A DNA stretch of 64,000 bases from Planctomycetaceae bacterium. Its GTDB lineage: Bacteria; Planctomycetota; Planctomycetia; Pirellulales; Pirellulaceae. Below the pieces are notes generated by a model. That model had not been told where the DNA came from, did not search any database, and was given only the letters and a program-made list of their open reading frames with translations. The position numbers were made by a program, and so were the translations under genes. How positions within the stretch are numbered: the first letter of the stretch is position 1; each line of letters begins with the position of its first letter. This document shows positions 56,220-63,597 of the stretch, piece by piece. The stretch covers positions 36,951 to 100,950 of the forward strand of contig JAIYDN010000039.1 of assembly GCA_027487485.1 (NCBI GenBank), in the 5' to 3' direction.

Positions 56220-56398
56220 GGGGTAGCTAGCTTAATGGCATTTACTTTGTCATTTACCAATCAAAATCAATATCGAGTTTCGAACAAGGAATTTCGAAAC
56301 CCCAAGGAATACGAACGCCACTTCGCTATTCGACATTCCTTGTTCGGTGTTCGACATTCAAAACAAACCGAAAGTAGATGGCATTGGTAGCTAGCCCC
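56220..56398. repeat. MITE-like or structured 179-bp element with imperfect terminal inverted repeats and an internal 12-bp inverted repeat
   Basis: Left end 'ggggtagctagcttaatggcatt'. The reverse complement of the right end is 'ggggctagctaccaatgccatct'. An internal perfect inverted repeat pairs 'cgaacaaggaat' (56281-56292) with 'attccttgttcg' (56335-56346). There is no ORF. Confidence 0.35.
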
Positions 56399-56571
56399 TG
56401 TCTTTCATCCTCGTCACCTTTCTGCCCCAAAAGTGCGATACCGTGCTTCAACGTGGCTGTTACCAGACACGCTGCAACACTCGATACCAAGCCTCTGGCT
56501 AAGAGCTACTTGGGTGGGAGTCGCTCCCACTTGTCTTCAAATCATTTCCAGTACGCACGTCCATCCCTTGG

Positions 56572-57225
56572 TTAGCTAGGTTCTCCATACAGCCCTTTCC
56601 TGTATTGCTCTCCATAATAGACCTCAAGATCCTCGAGTGTTGCTTCCGTGTTTTCAAGCTCTTTCGCGATACAAGGACGGGATGGCAATCGTGTGGGGTC
56701 CCAAGTTTTGGAATCCCACAGAGCTGAACGAAGAAAAGCCTTCGAGCAATGAAAGAATATTTCGTCAATCGCCACAACCAGTGCGAGCGTGGGACGATGC
56801 CCATTGACAATGAGCTCGTCAAAAAACGGACCATTGCGAACCAGTTGTGCGTGACCATTGATTCGCAGCGTATCACCGCGACCAGGGACGAAATAGATCA
56901 ATCCGACCTGGCCATTCTCCAAGATATTGTGGAAACTGTCCGCACGACGATTTCCCAACCGCTCTGGTAGAACGATCGTTCTACTATCCAACACAATTGT
57001 AAACCCTGGAGGATCCCCCTTCGGTGACACGTCGCACGATCCGTCGGCGGCACTGGTTGCCAAAAGGCAAAAAGGAGATGCAGCCAGCCACTGGCGATCA
57101 ATCTCGCTAAGCGCTGGGCGAGCCTTGGTCCTTGCGCGTTCGGAAACCGGCCCCAGAATTTCACGAAGCTCCGAAGCGGACTTCACTGGAACAAGACGAT
57201 CGCCAGACGGTGGTATTGGATTCAT
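56572..57225 (-). CDS. Pyridoxamine 5'-phosphate oxidase-family FMN-binding protein
   Basis: Carries 'SPFCLLATSAADGSCDVSPKGDPPGF', 'GNRRADSFHNILENGQVGLIYFVPGRGDTLRINGHAQL' and 'FHCSKAFLRS'. Confidence 0.75.
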   Translation of the reverse strand: MNPIPPSGDRLVPVKSASELREILGPVSERARTKARPALSEIDRQWLAASPFCLLATSAADGSCDVSPKGDPPGFTIVLDSRTIVLPERLGNRRADSFHNILENGQVGLIYFVPGRGDTLRINGHAQLVRNGPFFDELIVNGHRPTLALVVAIDEIFFHCSKAFLRSALWDSKTWDPTRLPSRPCIAKELENTEATLEDLEVYYGEQYRKGLYGEPS

Positions 57226-57459
57226 TATCGACTACTGGCTAACGACTGGCATCAGATGGCGTGAGTAAGTTGCAGATGCAATGACCAAAAACGGTCGACC
57301 GAACGCTCATCTGCATACCTTTGTTCGTCTGTCTACGGCTTGCATCTAGCTTGGTTCGAACTCGAATTGGCCGTTTCTGTGGTCAGCACAAAGAACATTA
57401 ACGACGCATGATCATACGAGCTGAAACGGCGCTTCGCAATAGTTGGCCGAAATCTGGCT

Positions 57460-57655
57460 TTGATCCTGAAGGGATCGCAAATGGTAGCCGGGGGTTTGAC
57501 CGCTAGGGCACACACCCGGTCTCGTTCGCATGCGATGTTTTCGATCCCGGAGGAGATCGCAGATTGCGTCTGCTGTCCGCTGTGATCCCTTCAGGATCAA
57601 CAATATATCCTGCGACAATATCCGGGGGTGTCGCTTCGCTTAACCCCCGGCTACC
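57460..57655. repeat. GC-rich interspersed repeat with two interleaved perfect inverted repeats
   Basis: The 17-bp 'ttgatcctgaagggatc' (57460-57476) pairs with 57584-57600. The 14-bp 'ggtagccgggggtt' (57483-57496) pairs with 57642-57655. Spurious translations contain 'SRGLSEATPPD', 'DPEGI' and 'TPGYHLRSLQD'. Confidence 0.55.
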
Positions 57656-57916
57656 TACTAGAACCCCTCCCGGGGTAATGAGGCGATGATGCGTGACAAC
57701 TAAGTGGTCGATCTCTCGAATAATGCTTGGAGCGAGTGATCGATCGAGGACCCATCGATTGGATTGTTTGCAATCGTTCCATCGAAACAAATAACGCTCA
57801 ACCCGACGAACGGCGACCATCACCGAGTGGCCGCCAAAAAAGCTTATAAAGTCTAGCGCCGACAATCAGCAACTTCGGTGCATGGTTTTGTTCGTCTTTT
57901 GGTTCTGGCCTGTCGA

Positions 57917-58696
57917 TCATCGATCATAGATTGGACGTATCGACCTCGTAAGTATATGGCTTCGGTTGATCTTGAACATTTCGAGCAACTCTTCGTTCTT
58001 TTCAATTGCAACAGCACATAGGTCTTGATCGTCTTGAGGCAGCAACCCTTCATTTAGCATTGCTCTATTTTCCAGAATCACGAGTTGGATATTCTCCGAT
58101 TGGAGTTGCCAAAGAGCTTTGCCCTTCGAAGACCGCAACCATTCTACTGCAAGATCCTTTTCTCGCGGGACAATACAAGTTCTGTAACCAGGCGACTCAC
58201 GAGGATCAGGACCGTCCCATGATCCATACCTATGTACTTGGGGTCTCACGATTTGGAAACAAAGAAACCCAACAGTTTGCTTGAGAACTGGATTCTCAGA
58301 ACGCGCGCACGATATGCAATCTTCGGTGTAAGAAAACCTATCATCGTCAAAATGGTCCACCAGTGTTGGGAATACGTCCGTTCCCAATCCAACCAATTCG
58401 TCAACCGATGTCCAAATAGATGGCTCGTACGGCACATGTTTCCGCGAATCTGAGTTTGGCTTGTCATGTTTCGAGGCAAGCTTGTCAATCAGGGCTGAAA
58501 TGCGTTCAGCGTTGCTGGCACGTGCCGATTTCCCAAGATCTACCGACTTGGCTTGGCAACTTCCCAAGCAAACTACAGCAACCAAAGCTATAAGTCTCAA
58601 ACGATCATTTCCTATCGCAACGAACGCCCGCGATAACCGAGTCGCGGCGATTGATTTACCATTGTCAAAAACAACGGCTCCGCGACTTCGGGTCAT
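57917..58696 (-). CDS. Secreted protein or lipoprotein (orphan), last gene of a 4-gene unit
   Basis: 259 aa with the hydrophobic N-terminal segment 'LRLIALVAVVCLGSCQA'. The ATG overlaps the upstream stop (ATGA). Confidence 0.55.
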   Translation of the reverse strand: MTRSRGAVVFDNGKSIAATRLSRAFVAIGNDRLRLIALVAVVCLGSCQAKSVDLGKSARASNAERISALIDKLASKHDKPNSDSRKHVPYEPSIWTSVDELVGLGTDVFPTLVDHFDDDRFSYTEDCISCARSENPVLKQTVGFLCFQIVRPQVHRYGSWDGPDPRESPGYRTCIVPREKDLAVEWLRSSKGKALWQLQSENIQLVILENRAMLNEGLLPQDDQDLCAVAIEKNEELLEMFKINRSHILTRSIRPIYDR

Positions 58697-59301
58697 CGCT
58701 TTGCTATCTGGCGATCGTCGGTAGCGAGTCCTCGGTGGAAATACATTTGCGACTGCAGTATCGAGTATTGTTCCTCTGTTAATAGTCGATGTTTGAGTTC
58801 GTAGTTCTTTGGATCAGCTCGCATGACGCTTGGATGCAGTATCATCAACGAAGGATTTTCGATTACATACGGCAGGATCTTATTGTTCCACCAAATCGTT
58901 GCAGCGAGTTCGGTTGAAGGTAGTGGATCGTTCGCCGGAGGCGGAGGGAGAGGTGGAAGGGGCATCCACGGGTAACGGGCGGCATTAAGATATATGTCAC
59001 GAAGCTTGGCATGGTAAATTGACGCTTTCCAGAAAGGTGCGGCCATGCGAATTGCGTTTTGGTCCATTTGCACCGGAGCACTGGCGATAGCAACCGTTAG
59101 CGTTTGCCCATTCGAATTCCAGTTTGGAGGGACCGGTCGTTGAATAGCGGCGGCCTTGTAACCGTTGTCGATTGCGGCGAATTGATTTTGGCTTGCAAGC
59201 TTGTGAAAGCTTCGCGCGCGCGCCCACATGCTAAACATTATTGCCAAGCAGGCCATCAGAATTAGAAGAGAGCGTATAGAGTACTTGGGGAAACGCATCA
59301 T
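58693..59301 (-). CDS. Single-pass membrane protein with a proline-rich segment (orphan)
   Basis: The start 'MMRFPKYSIRSLLILMACLAIMFSMW' has the N-terminal pattern common in planctomycete proteins. It also carries 'PLPPLPPPPANDPLP'. A longer GTG start at 59406 is possible. Confidence 0.55.
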   Translation of the reverse strand: MMRFPKYSIRSLLILMACLAIMFSMWARARSFHKLASQNQFAAIDNGYKAAAIQRPVPPNWNSNGQTLTVAIASAPVQMDQNAIRMAAPFWKASIYHAKLRDIYLNAARYPWMPLPPLPPPPANDPLPSTELAATIWWNNKILPYVIENPSLMILHPSVMRADPKNYELKHRLLTEEQYSILQSQMYFHRGLATDDRQIAKR

Positions 59302-59408
59302 CAGCTGTTTGTATTTTCTAAGCCAGATAACACCTGGATTCAGCGAGCGGCGCCAAGGAAACGCTCCACTGGAAACCCGCGTTATCGCCGCTTCGCTGCA
59401 ATCCACTG

Positions 59409-59609
59409 TTACCTGATTTGTTGGGAAATGGACAATGCGGCGAAGTGAATTGAAATCGCTGTGATTGTAGCATATTCGTCATCGGAGATGCGGTCGTCTG
59501 GCCAAGGAATCGCTATCATGAGTGGTCGATTCGCAATCTCGATCATGCGGTCCATTCTCGAATCAATTTCGGATTCTGCAACAACTGTGACTTGATTCGC
59601 TGTTGCCAA
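59409..59609 (-). CDS. Possible 66-aa protein
   Basis: The TTG start lies 3 nt after the upstream stop, and the end lies 2 nt before the long form of the next ORF. No homology recognised. Confidence 0.3.
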   Translation of the reverse strand: MATANQVTVVAESEIDSRMDRMIEIANRPLMIAIPWPDDRISDDEYATITAISIHFAALSISQQIR

Positions 59610-59612
59610 CTT

Positions 59613-60365
59613 CTACTTCGTTGCCCGCTCTAGAGACACAAGCCGGATAGATGCGTATATTGTTTTCGATTTTTCAGGCTCTCTGAGCCATTTAATCGCA
59701 CCGTCTGCGATCTTCACAGGTACTTGAATCCGCCGTTCATCTCCGACCGACATTGCTTCCATTGCCTGTGCCAGCCACGGCCACAACTTGTCCGAACCCA
59801 TCTCGAACTCCACTTTACGGGTGAAGTCAGCCGTGGCGAGGTGGTGGTCGAACGTCGCCGAGTCGAACACCAGGTACCGGAACTCAACCTTGTCCCCTTT
59901 CTGAGGGTACATCTCACTCTGCGGAGAGTCGAGGGTGTACTCGATGTACTCGTCTGTACCCGCGACGAGAGCGCGGACACCGGAAAAGTGATTCCTGGAA
60001 TAGATCACTCGCGCCGACTTCGGGAGCGAATTGGCGCCCGTGGCTACCTCGGAGAAGTCGAAAACCACGGGACCTTCGGCGACTGCCACCTCGATGCGTT
60101 CCGTGGCCGAAATCCCGCCGCAGCCAAGAGAATAACATTCAAACACGCAGTTCTTTTCACTGCGGCTGAGTATGGTCACCCGGACCTCCATCAAACCCAG
60201 GAAGTGCCCCATGGCACCCACATCAACGGTTTTGGGATCGAAGGAGATTTTTTGCTTCGACACGTTGAGCGGCGGCAATTTCTCTTCGGATTGATCGGCT
60301 GCTGGGGAGGCACCAAACAACGCCAACGAAATAAATACGCAGACGATTAGAATCTTGTATCTCAT
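59613..60365 (-). CDS. Secreted protein with a C-terminal FKBP-like (peptidyl-prolyl isomerase-type) domain
   Basis: Signal peptide 'MRYKILIVCVFISLALFGASPAA'. The C-terminal 'GDKVEFRYLVFDS...FEMGSDKLWPWLAQAMEAMSVGDERRIQVP' fits the FKBP pattern. Confidence 0.6.
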   Translation of the reverse strand: MRYKILIVCVFISLALFGASPAADQSEEKLPPLNVSKQKISFDPKTVDVGAMGHFLGLMEVRVTILSRSEKNCVFECYSLGCGGISATERIEVAVAEGPVVFDFSEVATGANSLPKSARVIYSRNHFSGVRALVAGTDEYIEYTLDSPQSEMYPQKGDKVEFRYLVFDSATFDHHLATADFTRKVEFEMGSDKLWPWLAQAMEAMSVGDERRIQVPVKIADGAIKWLREPEKSKTIYASIRLVSLERATK

Positions 60366-60507
60366 GACAAACGCAATCCTCTTCAAATGGCACTCACAAC
60401 CGAGACTGGGGGAGTCCACATCCGCTGCCGAACGGCGACGATCACCCTTATCGCCGCCAAAAAACTATGATTCAAAATCGCGGCCGCCCCCCGCTTCGGG
60501 CGAGTAA

Positions 60508-60677
60508 TTTGGGTTCTCTTTGGTTGGGTTATTGTTTGTGCCCATGGGTATGCTACCAAGTTAATAGTAGTGCCGCACTGTCGCTTCCCTACAAATGGAT
60601 ACTCCGCACCCTCTGAGAACCGTACGTGACCTGTTAAAGCATACAGCTCCCAGCTATCACATGTCTCTTCAATCTTA
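60508..60677. repeat. Island repeat, full copy B (170-bp core)
   Basis: Ungapped match to 55964-56133 (146/170). The copy lies 143 bp upstream of the start at 60365. Confidence 0.8.
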
Positions 60678-61130
60678 CCTTGAAACCACATGCCTAGCGA
60701 TACGCGGCTATCAAATCCGTCAGCTTCACCGGGTTTGCCAGCGGTGCCCGGTCCAACCATTTATAGAAATTCTCCCAAGTCCATGCCGTCTTGCCAGTCT
60801 GGCTGCGGCGACGCAACCAACGCAACGCTTGCCATCGAGCCCTGTTGCTTTCGCCGGGATCGAGGCGGTCGGGGCCAGCGTTTGCGTCGTTTGGTAGCTT
60901 TCAGTTGTGCGCTCCGCCGAGATAAACTCGACGGAAGCGAGAACTGGGCCCCGTTCCAGTAGCACGCCAAACCTGTTGCGGTCGTCGGGCTCGAGGCCCT
61001 GGACCGCGTTTGCATGTTGGTGCCCTCTGGGTTTAGGGCACCAAACCTGTTGCGAAATCTGGGCTCAAGGCCCAGTTTCGCTTTGCGACAGCCGGGACTC
61101 GTCGCCTTCAACTTCAACTTCAACCAAAGC

Positions 61131-61262
61131 CTAACAGCCGGGCCTCGTCGCCTCGTCCACTACCTAACAGCCGGGCCTCGTCGCCTCGTCCACTACCAAA
61201 TAGCCGGGACTCGTTGCCTTGTCCACTACCAAATAGCCGGGTCTCGTTGACTTGTCGTTTGC
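61131..61262. repeat. 33-bp tandem repeat, four units
   Basis: Units occupy 61131-61163, 61164-61196, 61197-61229 and 61230-61262. The first two are identical ('ctaacagccgggcctcgtcgcctcgtccactac') and the last two diverge progressively. A partial seed 'cagccgggactcgtcgcctt' lies at 61089. Confidence 0.85.
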
Positions 61263-61310
61263 TGTCGTGCTCTGCCGTTTCCATCAAGCCTGAAAAATTT
61301 GCAAGCAGGC

Positions 61311-62546
61311 CTAAGTCTTTGTGACCCCATCCAGCCCTTCCGTCAGCTTTTCGATCAGCCAATCGGTGGGTTCCAGCCCAATCGAGAAACGAAGTGTTCC
61401 ACCGGTGATCCCTAACGCAGCAAGCGCCTCGTCGCTGTAAGATCGGTGGCTTGTCGAGCAGGGATGGCTTAGCGTGGTTTGAGCTTCCCCCAACGTTGGG
61501 CAAAATGGAATGTTCGGAGCCACCGTTGCAATAAATCGCTGAGCTGATCGCAGGCCACCGTGAAGTCGCAATGTCATCATGTTGCCAAACGATTCCCCAA
61601 ATTGCTTTCTCGCCATCGCATGTTCGGGATGCGAAGTCAGACCTGGATAATCCAAGAGATCGATTGCCGCATGCCCTTGGATGGCTTCCGCTGCTGCTTT
61701 GGCGGAAGCGGCCGCATGAGCCATTCGCACTGGCAAGGATGCTAACCCGCGTTGAGTGAGCCAACAATCGAGCGGGCTACTGGTCATCCCAAAAGAAACC
61801 ATCGTCTGACGTATCCTTTGCCAGACCGCCTTATGCCCACACAAAAATCCTAACATGGCATCCGCGTGACCGCACACAAACTTGCTCAAGCTTTCCATCA
61901 CAAGATCGGCCCCCAAGTTCATGGGCTGGCATAGCACTGGGGTCGCAAACGTATTGTCCACCAAGACTACCGTGCCCGATTCCGAAGTGGCTGGTCCACC
62001 CGATTCATGAGCCATGGTCGCAATCGATTCAAGATCGGGAACCGATAATCGCGGGTTGGTAATCGTTTCGACAATCACCATCCGTGCGGGGGTGCGAAAC
62101 GCATTCATGATCGCAGTCAGATCGGTCGCGACCACATCCTCAAACTGAATCCCCCATCGGGCCAAATCCTGTTTGATGAAGAACGACGTACGACCGTAAA
62201 CGGGCTGAGCCAAAACAACGCGATCGCCGGGCTTGAGCAACGCCATGCAAGCGATCGAAATGGCACTCATGCCTTGCGCCGTAACAATCGCTTCCTGCGC
62301 ATTGTGCAAAGATCGCAAGGCGTCCGCTAGCGAGGTAGCATTCGGATGCCCTTCCCGTCGATAGGCGAAGCCCGGAGCGGTTCCACCGAGCAACGCATCC
62401 GCTTGCTCGGTCGACTCCATTCGCCACACGCCACTTAACTGCAAAGGCTCCGTCTGCGGCTTGGCTTTGGGGAATCGATTTTCCGAGGTCGCGGCATGAT
62501 GCTGATAACGAACGTCGTCCAGAGGCTGTTTTTTCTTATCGGGCAT
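61311..62546 (-). CDS. Cys/Met-metabolism PLP-dependent enzyme (cystathionine gamma-synthase / methionine gamma-lyase family)
   Basis: Carries 'VVLVDNTFATP' and the lysine motif 'ESLSKFVCGHADAMLG'. The C-terminus reads 'TLSHPCSTSH' and 'GTLRFSIGLE'. Confidence 0.85.
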   Translation of the reverse strand: MPDKKKQPLDDVRYQHHAATSENRFPKAKPQTEPLQLSGVWRMESTEQADALLGGTAPGFAYRREGHPNATSLADALRSLHNAQEAIVTAQGMSAISIACMALLKPGDRVVLAQPVYGRTSFFIKQDLARWGIQFEDVVATDLTAIMNAFRTPARMVIVETITNPRLSVPDLESIATMAHESGGPATSESGTVVLVDNTFATPVLCQPMNLGADLVMESLSKFVCGHADAMLGFLCGHKAVWQRIRQTMVSFGMTSSPLDCWLTQRGLASLPVRMAHAAASAKAAAEAIQGHAAIDLLDYPGLTSHPEHAMARKQFGESFGNMMTLRLHGGLRSAQRFIATVAPNIPFCPTLGEAQTTLSHPCSTSHRSYSDEALAALGITGGTLRFSIGLEPTDWLIEKLTEGLDGVTKT

Positions 62547-62599
62547 AACAAAATAGAATTATCGAGATCAGTCTTGAACGCCATCCAAAGTGGATGACG

Positions 62600-63454
62600 T
62601 TAACCTTGAACAATCGTGTTGGTCAGTGTCCCAATCCCGTCGATCGAGATATGGACGGTGTCGGCAGGTGCCAACGTGAACGAGCTGTCTGGGACAACGC
62701 CCGTTCCTGTCAACATAAACGCACCGTTAGGTAGGTCGTTATCTCGCATCAGCCATTGGACCAAGTCCTCCAATTGACGCGCCATTTGTGCAACCGAAGT
62801 TTCACCTGAGAAAACAACTTGATTGTCGCGAACAATCTTAAGCCCGATACCGATGGTTTCGCGAGGCGGCATGTCTTCCGCCAAGGCGATCCATGGTCCC
62901 AGGCCACAGCACTGGTTGTATACCTTGGCTTGAGGCAAGTAGAGCGGGTTGTCCCCTTCGATATCTCGGCTGCTCATGTCATTGCCGATCGTGTAGCCAA
63001 CGATTTTTCCTCGATTGGAAAGCACCAGCGTCAGCTCGGGCTCGGGCACATTCCAAGTCGCGTCGGTGCGGATCCTTAGTTCGCCCAGATGCCCTCGGCA
63101 GCGGTTCGGTGTTGCCTTGAAGAACAGCTCCGGCCGAGCAGCTGTATAGACTCGATCGTAACAGCTGGCGGCGGCTTCGCTTTCTTCCATTCGAGCCGTT
63201 TGTGATCGCTTGTAAGTAACACCGGCGGCCCATACTTCTTGATCATCGATGGGGGGCAACCAACGCACTGCTTCCAAGGGAATTGACGCTGCAAGAGCTG
63301 GAAGCTCACGCGCTAGTGAAGACAGTTGATCACTGGATAGAAGCTGACTTAAGGAAGTGAATCCAGTCGACGCAAGGTTCAACGGAGTTGCAAAATTATC
63401 GACGATTCGAGCCACTGTGGGCCCTTGAGCCGTTTGGATACGTGCCAGAAACAT
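62600..63454 (-). CDS. Fumarylacetoacetate hydrolase (FAH)-family protein
   Basis: Carries 'PELFFKA', '[29 protein letters not shown]', '[15 protein letters not shown]' and '[12 protein letters not shown]'. Confidence 0.85.
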   Translation of the reverse strand: MFLARIQTAQGPTVARIVDNFATPLNLASTGFTSLSQLLSSDQLSSLARELPALAASIPLEAVRWLPPIDDQEVWAAGVTYKRSQTARMEESEAAASCYDRVYTAARPELFFKATPNRCRGHLGELRIRTDATWNVPEPELTLVLSNRGKIVGYTIGNDMSSRDIEGDNPLYLPQAKVYNQCCGLGPWIALAEDMPPRETIGIGLKIVRDNQVVFSGETSVAQMARQLEDLVQWLMRDNDLPNGAFMLTGTGVVPDSSFTLAPADTVHISIDGIGTLTNTIVQG

Positions 63455-63597
63455 GCATTCGCTTTCGATGGAGAGGCCTGGAGCGACTTACAGCCGTCGC
63501 TCTGATTTTGTGATGTCCCACAGTATAACACACGACAGTATTTATCGCACCGCTTTTGCCGCACAGTATCCGTCGCACGAGAACTCTCGTATGGCAT

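Noticed and set aside
57503-57865. 120-aa minus-strand ORF in the 57.2-57.9 kb gap
   Set aside because: Its C-terminal half is the translation of the GC-rich inverted-repeat element ('SRGLSEATPPD...DPEGI'). The N-terminal half ('RWVLDRSLAPSIIREIDHL') faintly resembles toxin-type N-termini but is too short and unsupported. At most it is a remnant.
61131-61262. Possible CRISPR array suggested by regularly repeated units of about 33 bp
   Set aside because: The units are directly adjacent with no spacers. There are only four of them, they decay progressively, and no cas genes are present in the window. I call it a tandem repeat.
51006-61310. Integron cassette array, or CALIN (a cluster of attC sites lacking an integron integrase)
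   Set aside because: I looked in the short spacers for attC architecture: RYYYAAC ... imperfect palindrome with unpaired bases ... GTTRRRY. Two spacers contain imperfect palindromes. These are 53495-53577 ('cccgcgcgat...atcgcggg') and 54505-54609 ('gggatcagctagccc...gggcttagctgcatccc', preceded by 'atctaac'). I found no matching GTTRRRY partner, the 170-bp repeat does not fit attC, and no intI is in the window. I leave this as a hypothesis to test, not a call.
61120-61767. 215-aa minus-strand ORF
   Set aside because: It overlaps the 3' part of the well-supported Cys/Met PLP enzyme gene out of frame. Its C-terminus is the translated 33-bp tandem repeat ('GSGRGDEARLL' twice).
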